NCBI GenBank assembly: GCA_036679605.1
Contig: JAZDCZ010000180.1
Location: 1-64,000 of the forward strand
DNA from: Gemmatimonadota bacterium
GTDB lineage: Bacteria > Gemmatimonadota > Gemmatimonadetes > Gemmatimonadales > GWC2-71-9
Length of the DNA: 64,000 bases
Direction of reading: 5' to 3'
Below, one piece after another: positions 5,986-15,766 of this stretch. The notes below the pieces were generated by a model, which saw only the letters and a program-made list of their open reading frames with translations, did no database searches and was not told where the DNA came from. The number at the start of each line of letters is the position of its first letter. Positions within the stretch are counted from its first letter, which is position 1. A program made the translations under genes and the position numbers.

Positions 5986-7677
5986 TCACCGGTCGCCACC
6001 GGGCGGCGCGACCGCTTTCCACGTGTCCTGTGCGATTAGCCACGTGCCGTCGGGCTGCCGCCGATAGATGTGCGAACCCCTGTAGCGCTCTTCGACGGCC
6101 TCGCCGCCTGCCCTGGGCGCAAGGGTCCGCTTGGTCTCGTAAAGCTCCCAAGCCGAACCGAGTACCGGGATTGTTACCAAGGCCTTGATCTCGCCGCCAG
6201 CGAAGGCCGACTCGTCATGAAGGCCCTGAAGCCAATCTCGCAATGCTGCGCGACCCCTGATGCGTGACCCGCTCGGCAGCATCACGTCGCAATCGTCTGT
6301 AAAGAGCGCGACATAGCTATCCGCATCCCCGTTGAGGAACGCAGCGTTCGCGCGCTCCCGCACTTTGCCGATCGCCTCGACCGCGATGTCCGCGGCCGGC
6401 CGCTCTGCGTCTTGTTTCGGCTCGTGCTCGCGCACGAACAACAGCGCGTCCAGTGCATCGCTCCAGGTCTCCGCGCGAGTGGTCTGCCCCAAGGGACGTG
6501 CCGGAAACTCGCCGCCTGCCCAGCTGCCGTTGGCCGCCGCGCGGCGTAGATCGAGCAGGCCGTAGTCGAAGCCGGCCGCCGCCATCAGCTCCTCGAACTC
6601 AGGTAGCGAATCCTGGTCGACGACGATCCTTCCCCCGGTACTGCTATAAGACGTCACTCCGATGACGTAGCTCTTCGAGCCCAACGCTTCGCCTATGTGC
6701 TGCCCCATCGATGGGACCTCCCCCCCGTATCCGGGATAACCGAAATCCGCCATGGACCGGATGCGCGCGGCATGTAACGTCGCAGCCCAGACGATGATCT
6801 TCCGGTCGGGGTATCGATCGTTCGCAAACCACAGCAGGTTCTCCGCCATTTGTTTGTCGCGGTCGCAGCTCCCGATGTCGGGATGCTCCAGAACAAACTG
6901 TGTATGACAGGCGAGGTTCCGCAGTATCTGCGCCCACTGCTGGGCTTCCTTGTCGGGCATGGCACTTACTGCCACCAACGACGCGTCAACCGCAGCCAGG
7001 AACGCGCGGCGCGTCGAGACATCCGGCCGTGGCGCAACCCTGTAGCGATAACGCACCTGCGCAAGGGCTTGGAGCACACCGTGCTCGGGTGTGTCACGAT
7101 CGACGAGTGGTCCGCCGACGCCCCGCTCCGCCAGGAATCTCGGCAAGTCGTCTGACAAATAGAGCAGGCTCGCCATCTGATGCTGATGGTCGAACCCGAC
7201 GATCTCGAGTGGTCGGCTGCCACTCGCCTGCTCGCCGAGGTACGCCATTAGCGGTTGCATCTGCGCCGCGCCCGCCCACGTCGACGGGCCGAGCCAAAAT
7301 GCTTCGCTGGGTGGCGTACCTGCGCGCAGGCTGTCCCATGCCACCGTCATGTCGTACATCGGGGATTCGAAGGCGAGCACGTCAAAGCCGAGTTCCCGAT
7401 GCAGGAACTTCACGAGGCGCGACTTCGCGAGGAAGTCTGACCCCGACCTGTGGTCCGCTTCGCCGAGCAGCACGAGCCGCACACCGTCGAGCGTCTTACG
7501 GAGAGGCTCGAGGTCGGCGAAGTCCTCGTCGTGCGGATCGATGGAGCGAAGCGGGAGAACGTTATCCTGTAACCACGCAACGCGCGGGTCCCCGGAAAAA
7601 TCCTGCGGCGTGCCTTGCGCGGCACCGAGTGCGGGAAACAGCGCCAGTAGAAGCATCCCCAAGGCCATGCGTGTCAT
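5986..7677 (-). CDS. Secreted erythromycin-esterase-family protein fused to a C-terminal SnoaL/DUF4440 (NTF2-like) domain
   Basis: Signal peptide; LLGEADH, LAFES, RDKQMAEN, IIVWAATLH, MGQHI; C-terminal GDADSYVALFTDD...RQPDGTWLI. Confidence 0.8.
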   Translation of the reverse strand: MTRMALGMLLLALFPALGAAQGTPQDFSGDPRVAWLQDNVLPLRSIDPHDEDFADLEPLRKTLDGVRLVLLGEADHRSGSDFLAKSRLVKFLHRELGFDVLAFESPMYDMTVAWDSLRAGTPPSEAFWLGPSTWAGAAQMQPLMAYLGEQASGSRPLEIVGFDHQHQMASLLYLSDDLPRFLAERGVGGPLVDRDTPEHGVLQALAQVRYRYRVAPRPDVSTRRAFLAAVDASLVAVSAMPDKEAQQWAQILRNLACHTQFVLEHPDIGSCDRDKQMAENLLWFANDRYPDRKIIVWAATLHAARIRSMADFGYPGYGGEVPSMGQHIGEALGSKSYVIGVTSYSSTGGRIVVDQDSLPEFEELMAAAGFDYGLLDLRRAAANGSWAGGEFPARPLGQTTRAETWSDALDALLFVREHEPKQDAERPAADIAVEAIGKVRERANAAFLNGDADSYVALFTDDCDVMLPSGSRIRGRAALRDWLQGLHDESAFAGGEIKALVTIPVLGSAWELYETKRTLAPRAGGEAVEERYRGSHIYRRQPDGTWLIAQDTWKAVAPPGGDR

Positions 7678-7688
7678 TCGAATTATCC

Positions 7689-9569
7689 TTATCTCCGAGA
7701 AGGCAGGAAGTCTTCCATTACCCACACCTCACTGGCCGCCGTTCCATCGATGAAAGCGAGCAGTCGGCCGTCGGGGCTGAGCTTCAGCTGCCCAGCCATC
7801 TCCATGCTGAACCCGAGGTCCACCACTTCTCCCGTCTCCACCGAAACGCGGACGAGGTGGGTTCCCATCTCGGGAGGGAAACCCTCCCCGTCGTAGATGC
7901 GGACCAGGAGGTGTCGCCCGTCTCGCATCCAGTCGTGCTGCCCGAGCTGGCCTCGCAGGATCTCGCGGGCCTGCCCCCCCTCGGTAGGAAGAACGAGAAT
8001 CGCGCTGTCCTCCCTTCCCATCTGCCAGATGGTGACGGTCTCGCCATTTGGTGAGAGGGCGACTGCACGGATCTGCATTGTTTCCCCCACGCCGATGCTG
8101 TAGATCTCCCGCTCTATCCCGGACGTCAGATCACGGACCACGACCCTGTACTCGAACAGACCACCTTCACGCTCCCTCGTATGGGCGAAAACGATTCGCT
8201 CGCCGTCGGGGAAGACATCGAAGCTGGTGCGGAACATCTTCGATGGGGGGTGCTTGAAGACCGGCTCCACCTCTCCGGTCCGGACGTCCACGCTGTAGAG
8301 GGCATACTGATTCTGCCGGTCCTGCGACCGGACGAAGATGGTCCGCCCGTCGGGATGCCACCGGGGTTGGCTGGGATAAAAAAGCTCCATGGGGAGTCTC
8401 AGGTGCCGCTCCTCTCCGGTTGCCTGAGAGCGAATCGCCAAGGTGCGTGGGGTAGAGTTCGGTGCCGTACCCTGCACCAGGAAGGCGAGGCTCTGTCCGT
8501 CCGGTGACCAGCTCGGCCACATCTGAGTGCCGTTGGAACGCATCGTCCCCGACCCAGGGCGCCCGACGACTTCTCCCGTCTCTGGATTCAGCGTGGCGAT
8601 CCGTATGCTCCGACTGCTCGTTCTCACCCCATAGAAGAACCGTCCGTCCGTGGTGAACCCCATGGGGTTGGCATTCCAGAAGTCGGGCTTGACCAGCTCG
8701 GGCGGGCCGTCGGCTGTGCCGTCGGACACCGGAAGGAGCCAAGCGCTGGGAGTTCCGGTCCGGTCGCTCTGGAAGAGGACGTGGGCTCCGTCCGGTGCCC
8801 ACCCCAGAACCAGGTCGTCGGCCTCATGCTCCACGAGGGGAACTTCGGGGCCTCCGGCTAACGGAAGCAGATAGATGTCGTGAGACTGCTCGTTCTCCAA
8901 GTCGGCGGGAAAGTCGTAGAGCACGTACCGCCCATCGGGCGAGATCCGCATGTTGCTGGGGCCGCGCCAGTCCAACTGTTTGAGCACCCTGTCCGTCCCA
9001 TCCCGAGCGGACACGAGCACGATCTGCCACGTGGCGTCCTCAAGTTGGCGACGCGCCACGATCTGGGTCCCGTCTGGGGACCAGTCCTCCGGGTTGAGAT
9101 ATCCCTCCCACGTGGAGAGCGCCTGCGGATCGGGATCCTCGATGCCGGCGACACGGAGTTCCGACGACCCGGTCGTCTCCGAGTTCCACCATACGTACGC
9201 CACCTGACTGCCATCGCGGGAGATGTGCGGGAACATTGCGAAACCGGGATAGTAGGGCATCGGGTTTTGCGTAATGCTTCGGCTCTCGCCGGTCTCCAGA
9301 TCGCGGATCGCGATATCGCCCGTCGCCCACACGTGATGCGCCAGCTGTGTGCCGTCCGGCGAGGGAACGCCGAGGAAGTCCGCATCGGAACCCCACCATA
9401 TCCGCCTGGTGACCGTGTGGATCGTATCCGGCGGCGGTGGTTCGAGTCTCCAAGTTCGCAGCGCACCCACGGTGGTGAACACGCCTGCCTGGGCGATCTT
9501 GCCTGGGGCGTCCTGCTCACATGCCGCTGTGGTGAGCACGAGCAATACAATGGTGAGATTCCGTAACAT
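7689..9569 (-). CDS. TolB-like (PD40/WD40) beta-propeller lipoprotein
   Basis: Lipobox LTTAAC; repeated WSPDG/SPDG motifs; SD GGGAGGAG. Confidence 0.85.
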   Translation of the reverse strand: MLRNLTIVLLVLTTAACEQDAPGKIAQAGVFTTVGALRTWRLEPPPPDTIHTVTRRIWWGSDADFLGVPSPDGTQLAHHVWATGDIAIRDLETGESRSITQNPMPYYPGFAMFPHISRDGSQVAYVWWNSETTGSSELRVAGIEDPDPQALSTWEGYLNPEDWSPDGTQIVARRQLEDATWQIVLVSARDGTDRVLKQLDWRGPSNMRISPDGRYVLYDFPADLENEQSHDIYLLPLAGGPEVPLVEHEADDLVLGWAPDGAHVLFQSDRTGTPSAWLLPVSDGTADGPPELVKPDFWNANPMGFTTDGRFFYGVRTSSRSIRIATLNPETGEVVGRPGSGTMRSNGTQMWPSWSPDGQSLAFLVQGTAPNSTPRTLAIRSQATGEERHLRLPMELFYPSQPRWHPDGRTIFVRSQDRQNQYALYSVDVRTGEVEPVFKHPPSKMFRTSFDVFPDGERIVFAHTREREGGLFEYRVVVRDLTSGIEREIYSIGVGETMQIRAVALSPNGETVTIWQMGREDSAILVLPTEGGQAREILRGQLGQHDWMRDGRHLLVRIYDGEGFPPEMGTHLVRVSVETGEVVDLGFSMEMAGQLKLSPDGRLLAFIDGTAASEVWVMEDFLPSRR

Positions 9570-9614
9570 CTTGACTCCTCCCGTTCTAATGGGTCTTCAA
9601 CGGGTCGCACAAGA

Positions 9615-9630
9615 AGCCAGGTTTATACCA
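9615..9630 (-). promoter_or_regulatory. sigma54 -24/-12 promoter
   Basis: Minus strand TGGTATAAACCTGGCT = GG-N10-GC, about 45 nt upstream of the start at 9569. Confidence 0.65.
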
Positions 9631-9702
9631 CGACGTTGCCGTGGACGTAAGTGACTGTGACACAACGTGATAGGCACAGTGTGCCGTGGCGTGACTCGCC
9701 AT

Positions 9703-9723
9703 ACCGTTACGTTTCGTAACGGT
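9703..9723. promoter_or_regulatory. Putative enhancer (UAS) palindrome for the adjacent NtrC-type activator
   Basis: ACCGTTACG-TTT-CGTAACGGT, a perfect 9-bp inverted repeat, about 75-95 nt upstream of the sigma54 site; extra half-site GTTACGG nearby. Confidence 0.55.
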
Positions 9724-9791
9724 CGAAGATCGTCTCGTTACGGCTTGGTGGGCGCTCGGGACCGTTGCGTCCGGTTTGCCTGGATCACGGC

Positions 9792-11444
9792 TCATGGAAC
9801 GTAGCGCGGTAGCACGATGCGCACGGTGGTGCCTCCCTCGGGGCCACTCTCGATCGTGAGGTCGCCTCCGTGAGCCCTGGCGATCCTCGTCGCGATGGGC
9901 AACCCGAGTCCCGTGCCCTCTGGTTTCGTCGAGTAGAATGGCTCGAGGACCGAGTCGACAATGTCCGCGGGAATCCCCGCTCCGTCGTCCGAGACCGAAA
10001 TCCAAACGTGGGTCGGGTCCGAGTCGACGTGGATCCAGGCCCGCCCCCCTCCTGGCAGGGCCTCCGCGGCGTTGCGTAACAGGTTGAGGATGAGCTGTTC
10101 GAGAGCGCCTGCGTCACCACGCACCCACATCTCTGGGAGCCCGTCCAACTCCAGCTCTGCCCCTCGTGACTCGAACTCGGGCTTCGCCGCGTGCGCGGCG
10201 TTCTCCAGCGGGTGCCGGACATCGACGGGAATCAGCTCGAGGTTTCCGCTCCTGGCGACCCGCAGCGAGCCCGATACCGTTGATTCCAATCGCTCGATCT
10301 CTGCCAGCGCCCTCGCGACCAGCACTCCCGCCTGCTCATCGTCTGATCGTTCCTGGGCCCGTTCCAGATCCAGCCGAATCGAAGTCAGGGGATTTCGCAC
10401 CTCGTGGGCCAGGCTCGCCGCGAACTCTCCTACCGCGGCGGCGGCCTCCTGCTGGGACAGCTTGCGCAGCGTTTCGCGAAGGCTCGCCGTCATGGAGTTG
10501 AAGGCGCGGCCGACTCGTTGAATCTCGTCGGGGCCTTCTTCCGCGACCCTCCGGTCCAGCTCACCCCTCGCGACGGACTCGGCGGTTCCGGCCAACTGCT
10601 CCAGGGGGCCGGTCATTCGTCTGGTCAGAAACATCGCCATCGCCACCCCGAGAACGAGTACCGTCGCGAAGATAATCGCACCCTGCCGAGCCGCCCTCGA
10701 GAACGGCTCCGCAAAGGCTCCCACCGGGGCCGCCAGGGCCACGACGACTGGCGGTTCGTCGAGTCGATGACGGATGACGAGCCACTCTTCCCCCCTCCAC
10801 TCGAAACGATCTCCGTCGAACAGTCCGGGATCCATGGGAAGAGGGAGCAGCGCCACACCCTCGTCGCCTCCGAACAGGGCCAGGAGGGCGCCGCCCACGC
10901 CTGACCACCAGAGAACGCCGGGCAGCAAGCTGCTCAGCTCAACATGTGCTTCCAACGAGCCCACTTCCTGTCCGCTACCCGGATCGCGGATGGGGATCCG
11001 CACCGGCAGCGGAGTGCCAAGCACACCTCCGACAGCACTCCTCGGTGGGGGATTTCGCTCGAACGTCTCGAGTATTTCGCCCCGATCGTTACGGAGCACT
11101 GCACGATCCACCACGCCCTCCAGAGCGTTCCAGCTGTGCAGAAGACCCTGGGAGCGTCGGTCGCCGGCGTTCTCTGCCAAGGCGGTTCGGTCCACCAGAG
11201 TAAGGGAGAGCATGCCCGGCTCCTGTGCCAAGTCGAGCAGCGAACTCCGCTGTCGGATCCAATTGATGCCCATGGTGCGTACGGCGTCGCCCAGGGATTC
11301 CTCTAGGCGTGCGCGCAGAATCGCCTCTCCCGAGTCCCGCGTCGTGCCCGTCAGCCAGTACGCCGCCCCGGCCAACGGTGCCACGACTCCCAGGAGAATC
11401 ACCAGGATGAAGCGGGCCTGCAGGCTGAGGGGGCGTCCGGACAC
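9792..11444 (-). CDS. Membrane sensor histidine kinase (HAMP-HisKA-HATPase)
   Basis: Two TM segments; LAHEVRNPL, NLLRNA, DDGAG, FYSTKPEGTGLGL. Confidence 0.95.
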   Translation of the reverse strand: MSGRPLSLQARFILVILLGVVAPLAGAAYWLTGTTRDSGEAILRARLEESLGDAVRTMGINWIRQRSSLLDLAQEPGMLSLTLVDRTALAENAGDRRSQGLLHSWNALEGVVDRAVLRNDRGEILETFERNPPPRSAVGGVLGTPLPVRIPIRDPGSGQEVGSLEAHVELSSLLPGVLWWSGVGGALLALFGGDEGVALLPLPMDPGLFDGDRFEWRGEEWLVIRHRLDEPPVVVALAAPVGAFAEPFSRAARQGAIIFATVLVLGVAMAMFLTRRMTGPLEQLAGTAESVARGELDRRVAEEGPDEIQRVGRAFNSMTASLRETLRKLSQQEAAAAVGEFAASLAHEVRNPLTSIRLDLERAQERSDDEQAGVLVARALAEIERLESTVSGSLRVARSGNLELIPVDVRHPLENAAHAAKPEFESRGAELELDGLPEMWVRGDAGALEQLILNLLRNAAEALPGGGRAWIHVDSDPTHVWISVSDDGAGIPADIVDSVLEPFYSTKPEGTGLGLPIATRIARAHGGDLTIESGPEGGTTVRIVLPRYVP

Positions 11445-11453
11445 GAGACCTCG

Positions 11454-12785
11454 CTATCCGAGCCCGTGTTTCTCGAGCATCCGGTAAAGACGTGGCTTGG
11501 AGACGCCCAGCAGCTCCGCCGCCCGCGTCTTGTTCCCGTCGGTGAAGGCGAGCGCCCGAGCCACGTGCTCCGCCTCCATGTCAGCGAGCGGAGGGAACGG
11601 ATGTTCCGACTCCGGGGACCTGTTTCCGAGTCCCAGGTGCTCTGCCCGTATCACCTCTCCGGTGGATAGTACCACCGCTCTTGTGACGCAGTTTTCCAAC
11701 TCTCTCACGTTCCCCGGCCAGGCGTGCTGGAGTAGGGCGGTCACGGCTTCGTCCGACAGTGCGGCCTCGGGACGATGGAGCTCTTCGCTCGTCTTGCGAA
11801 CGAAGTGATGGGCCAGAAGTGGAATGTCCTCGATTCGCTCCCGCAGCGGTGGCACGACGATCTCCACGACGCGGAGCCTGTAGTAGAGGTCCTCACGGAA
11901 GGCTTCCTCTTCGATGAGCGCTTCCAGATGCCGGTGGGTCGCGGCGATGACCCGGGCTCCCGTGTGCACGGCGTGTTCCGCACCGACCGGGTAGAACTCA
12001 TGGTCCTCCAGAACCCGGAGAAGCTTGGCCTGGAATCCGGTCGTCGTATCCCCGACCTCGTCCAGAAAGATTGTCCCGCGACCGGCAAGGGCGAAGCGGC
12101 CCCGCCGGTCGGCGACGGCGCCGGTGAATGCGCCCCGAATGTGGCCGAACAACTCCGACTCGAGGAGAGATTCCGGGAGGGATGTGCAGTTCACGGCGAT
12201 GAAGGGCTCGGCGGCATCGGGTGAGTTGTAGTGGATTCCCCGCGCCACCATCCCTTTGCCCGTCCCCGTTTCGCCCCGTATGAGGACGTTCACGCGCGAA
12301 GCCGCAAGCTGTCCAACCTTCTTGTAGACCTCGATCATGCTGGGGTCATGCCCGACCAGAGCGTCCAGGTTATAGGTGCTCACCTCGGCCTCGACCGCAC
12401 GGCGGGCCTGTTCTCGTGAGCGCCGATCCTCCAGAAGGCGCGCCATGACCGAGCGCAGTTCCTTCAGGTTCAGCGGCTTGACGAGGAAGTCGAACGCTCC
12501 CTCTCGCATGGCTCGGGCAACCGTCGCCATGTCGTCGTAGGCGGTCATCAGGACGACATCGGTCGAGGGAGCTCTCTGGCGCAGCAACTGCAAGAGTTCG
12601 ATCCCATCCATCTCGGGCATGCGTATGTCCGATAGGACGACGTCGGGGTCGAAGTCGGTTAGAACCTGGAGGGCCGCGGGTGCTCCATCCGCCTCGGCCA
12701 CCTGGAAACCCTCGTCCGAAAGGGTCTCGGCGATCGACCGTCGGACCGAAGGCTCATCCTCGACTAGAAGTAGACGTAGATGCAT
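11454..12785 (-). CDS. sigma54-dependent response regulator (NtrC/AtoC family)
   Basis: Receiver domain; GETGTGK, ESELFGH, GAFTGA; Fis-type HTH. Confidence 0.95.
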   Translation of the reverse strand: MHLRLLLVEDEPSVRRSIAETLSDEGFQVAEADGAPAALQVLTDFDPDVVLSDIRMPEMDGIELLQLLRQRAPSTDVVLMTAYDDMATVARAMREGAFDFLVKPLNLKELRSVMARLLEDRRSREQARRAVEAEVSTYNLDALVGHDPSMIEVYKKVGQLAASRVNVLIRGETGTGKGMVARGIHYNSPDAAEPFIAVNCTSLPESLLESELFGHIRGAFTGAVADRRGRFALAGRGTIFLDEVGDTTTGFQAKLLRVLEDHEFYPVGAEHAVHTGARVIAATHRHLEALIEEEAFREDLYYRLRVVEIVVPPLRERIEDIPLLAHHFVRKTSEELHRPEAALSDEAVTALLQHAWPGNVRELENCVTRAVVLSTGEVIRAEHLGLGNRSPESEHPFPPLADMEAEHVARALAFTDGNKTRAAELLGVSKPRLYRMLEKHGLG

Positions 12786-13088
12786 AGGGCTCCCGAAGGG
12801 TGAGCCAAGCCGTAGTTCGCAAAGAGCACAACTGCTCACGTTGACTCCACGTGAGCGACGGGATTACCGCGAACATGCCACCCATTGGCGTCGGCCGCCG
12901 CCGCCAAGGTTTTGGGCCGGTCTAGGTGGTTGTTTTTTCTTTGGACGGTTATGAGGGCGAGGCGACTAATGTGCCGACGGACACCAAGGTCCGCAAGAGG
13001 GTTAGCAGTGGGAAGGGGAACCTCTCGGGCCCCGAGCTGTCTTATAGCTCTTATGAGTCGTAAATCAATTATCCCAAGGGGCCGACGC

Positions 13089-14498
13089 ATGAGACTCCAG
13101 GTGAGGTTCGCTTGCGCGATCCCGCTCCCATCCTTCCTGTTGTTGCAATCCTGCGGTGGCTCAGACACCACAGACCCCAACAGATTGGAAGCTCAGGGCC
13201 CGAGCGTGACGATCACCACGGCAGCACCCGCTACGTTGCTGAGCGGCGACGTCGTACAGTTCGCCGCCGAAGCCCGCGACGCGTCGGGCAACATCGACCA
13301 GACCACCCTGATAAGCTGGTCGGTGTCGCCGAGCAATGCAGGGTTCGTTTCCAGCGCCGGCAAGTTCGTTGGCTATGGTGCGGGCTCTCCACTGCTCATC
13401 GCCAGCGCCGGGACCGCCGGCACCGCGGCCGACACACTCCAACTTACGGTCACCGGCCGTGGACTGTCGGGAACGTTTTCCATTGTCGGCAGAGGGATCG
13501 TGCTCGACCGCATCACATCAGACCTGTGGGTTCACGGCACGGCAGCGTATACCGGAACATGGGGCTCCACAGGCAACACGCTCAACACATGGGACGTGAG
13601 TGACCCAGCCAATCCGATGCTGACCAGTGCGATCCAAGTCGACGCCAGAACAGTCAACGACGTCAAGGTAAGCAGCGACGGCACGCTCGGCGTGATCACG
13701 CATGAGGGATCCAGCGATTTGCAAAACGGCATCACGCTGCTGGATCTGAGTGACCCACTCGCACCCACTGTCATAACGCGAACTACCCTGTCGCTCGAGC
13801 CGGGAGTGCACAACGCGTGGATCGACGGCAACTTTGTCTATGTCGTGGTCGACGGCGCTAGTCCGTCCAGTGGTCTCAGAATCCTCGACGTCAGCGACCC
13901 CAGCAATCCGCAGATCGTCGCGTCATTCTATGCGGGCAGCAGCTTGCTGCACGACGTGTACGTCAGGGACGGCTTGGCATTCCTGTCACATTGGGACGCG
14001 GGGCTGGTCATTCTGGATGTCGGTGACGGAGTGGCCGGCGGCTCTCCCACCAACCCTGTCGAAGTCGGTCGAGTCGCTACTGAAGGAGGTCAAACGCACA
14101 ACGCGTGGTACTGGCCGGCAAGCGGTTACGTCTTTATCGGCGAGGAAGACTTCGGGACGCCAGGTAAGATGCACGTCGTGGACGTAAGCGATCTGGCGAA
14201 TCCAGTAGAAGTCGCAACGTTCGGGGTCGGTGGGACAACACCACACAACTTCTGGCTGGACGAGACTCGCGAGATTCTCTACGCCTCTTGGTACGATAAG
14301 GGCATTCGGGCAATCGACGTTTCGGGTGAACTACTCGGGGAACTCGATCTCCAAGGCCGTGAGATTGTGGGGTTTCAATATGCCGAAGCCGCCGGCTCGG
14401 GCTCTGCCACTATGAACTGGGCACCTCAACTCCACAACGGCCTGCTGTATCTCTCGGACCTGAACTCCGGACTCTGGGTGCTGCGACCGGAGTTCTAG
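13089..14498 (+). CDS. Lipoprotein with Ig-like domain and LVIVD-repeat propeller
   Basis: Lipobox LLLQSC; repeats such as LRILDVSDPSNP and MHVVDVSDLANP; conserved HN motifs. Confidence 0.8.
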   Translation: MRLQVRFACAIPLPSFLLLQSCGGSDTTDPNRLEAQGPSVTITTAAPATLLSGDVVQFAAEARDASGNIDQTTLISWSVSPSNAGFVSSAGKFVGYGAGSPLLIASAGTAGTAADTLQLTVTGRGLSGTFSIVGRGIVLDRITSDLWVHGTAAYTGTWGSTGNTLNTWDVSDPANPMLTSAIQVDARTVNDVKVSSDGTLGVITHEGSSDLQNGITLLDLSDPLAPTVITRTTLSLEPGVHNAWIDGNFVYVVVDGASPSSGLRILDVSDPSNPQIVASFYAGSSLLHDVYVRDGLAFLSHWDAGLVILDVGDGVAGGSPTNPVEVGRVATEGGQTHNAWYWPASGYVFIGEEDFGTPGKMHVVDVSDLANPVEVATFGVGGTTPHNFWLDETREILYASWYDKGIRAIDVSGELLGELDLQGREIVGFQYAEAAGSGSATMNWAPQLHNGLLYLSDLNSGLWVLRPEF

Positions 14499-14548
14499 GA
14501 AGAGATACCAGCACAGTCATCGGCCGTCGATCCTGTTATCTTTTGGCC

Positions 14549-14755
14549 ATGGCAACCGAACAGTTGGACCGCGCGCGCTATGACCGACTCGAACCCGACC
14601 CGGTGATCGAGGCTTACAAGCGTGATCTCGATCGCACTCTGTTACGCGAGAACCTGACCAAGTCGGTGGCCGAGCGAGTTGCGAACCTCATTGCGCTGCA
14701 GCGTTTGGCAAACGAGGCCCGTAGTGCGGGTGAGCGACTCCGGAAGCGTGACTGA
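14549..14755 (+). CDS. Small helical protein, probable antitoxin partner of the downstream nucleotidyltransferase
   Basis: DRTLLRENL..SVAER pattern; overlaps the next gene; extended -10 TGTTATCTT suggests a leaderless start. Confidence 0.6.
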   Translation: MATEQLDRARYDRLEPDPVIEAYKRDLDRTLLRENLTKSVAERVANLIALQRLANEARSAGERLRKRD

Positions 14756-15224
14756 CTTCGACGCTCTGATCGGAGCCCTGAGCCAGTCCGGCGTCGAGTT
14801 CATCATCGTAGGCGGCCTGGCAGCCACGATTCACGGATCGAGCCGCCTTACGCAAGATGTCGACGTAGTCTACGCGAGATCGAGCGAAAACATCGAGCGT
14901 CTGGTGGCAGCGCTCGCACCGCATGATCCTTACCTGCGCGGCGCTCCACCGAACCTGCCATTCGACTGGTCGGGCGCTACGATTCAGAGGGGCCTCAATT
15001 TCACTCTCACAACGAAATTAGGCGACGTCGATCTGCTCGGCGAGATCACTGGTGGCGGCGGTTACGACGACCTGGTCCCGCACTCCATCGTTGTTGGCCT
15101 CTTCGGATACAAGTGCCGCTGTCTCGACCTTGAGTGGTTGATCAAGACCAAGCGGGCCGCCGGGCGTCCGAGGGATCTGGAGGCTATCGCTGAACTGGAG
15201 GCGCTGCTCGAACCGGGCCCCTGA
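14748..15224 (+). CDS. Nucleotidyltransferase-fold protein (AbiEii/DUF6036-like)
   Basis: FIIVGGLAATIHGS.R.T.DVD, DVDLL, TKRAAGRPRDL motifs. Confidence 0.8.
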   Translation: MTDFDALIGALSQSGVEFIIVGGLAATIHGSSRLTQDVDVVYARSSENIERLVAALAPHDPYLRGAPPNLPFDWSGATIQRGLNFTLTTKLGDVDLLGEITGGGGYDDLVPHSIVVGLFGYKCRCLDLEWLIKTKRAAGRPRDLEAIAELEALLEPGP

Positions 15225-15235
15225 AGACTGGTACC

Positions 15236-15766
15236 CTATTGGATCTCCTGGAGCGCGATCCGCGCAATGGCAACAAAAGGGGCTTCGCCACTCGCTGCCA
15301 CCGACCGCAACACACCCACCGCCCGAGTGCCGCCCAGCACACCCAACCCGCGCAGCGCCTCGCCGCGATACTGCATCGCAAAACTCCGCCGAGCCCGGCC
15401 CGTGAACTGGGCCAGCGTGACGGAACGGGCGCGCGCAAGATCTGCTGCGCTCAAACCGAGTCCGTCGGACCGCTTCAATCTGCGACGGTACAGGGTGAAG
15501 CGGCGTGCGGCCGCTCGATCCGATTGGCGCAGTGCGCTCATTACTGGTCCGCGCTCGTAAGCTTCGACCAAGACAGGCACAGCCGCCGAGCCCAGCGCGG
15601 CTAACTCCTGAACGAGTGCCGGACCATCGCCGACCCCGCACGATTGCACCAACCATCTACTGACGGCCGATGCCACTTCAGGTGACTCCTGAGCCGCGGC
15701 GCTCGCAGCCACAACTAGCACTGCGACCGTCGCAAACCCTACGGAAGTTGTGCGAGCAGACCTCAT
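15236..15766 (-). CDS. Secreted HEAT-repeat-like hypothetical protein
   Basis: Signal peptide; LGSAAVPVLV and ALRGLGVLGGTRAV helical repeats; ATGA-coupled to the upstream protease. Confidence 0.6.
   Translation of the reverse strand: MRSARTTSVGFATVAVLVVAASAAAQESPEVASAVSRWLVQSCGVGDGPALVQELAALGSAAVPVLVEAYERGPVMSALRQSDRAAARRFTLYRRRLKRSDGLGLSAADLARARSVTLAQFTGRARRSFAMQYRGEALRGLGVLGGTRAVGVLRSVAASGEAPFVAIARIALQEIQ

Noticed and set aside
5986..7677. Bona fide macrolide resistance gene (ereA/ereB)
   Set aside because: Only family-level motifs are visible. Many Ere-family proteins do not hydrolyse macrolides, and this one is exported and fused to another domain.
9673..9685. GGCACA-G-TGTGCC as the sigma54 promoter
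   Set aside because: GG-to-GC spacing is 8, not 10. The site at 9615-9630 fits properly.
12790..13088. Structured ncRNA in the divergent intergenic region
   Set aside because: Only short hairpins (e.g. GAGCT...AGCTC); no recognisable family or repeat.
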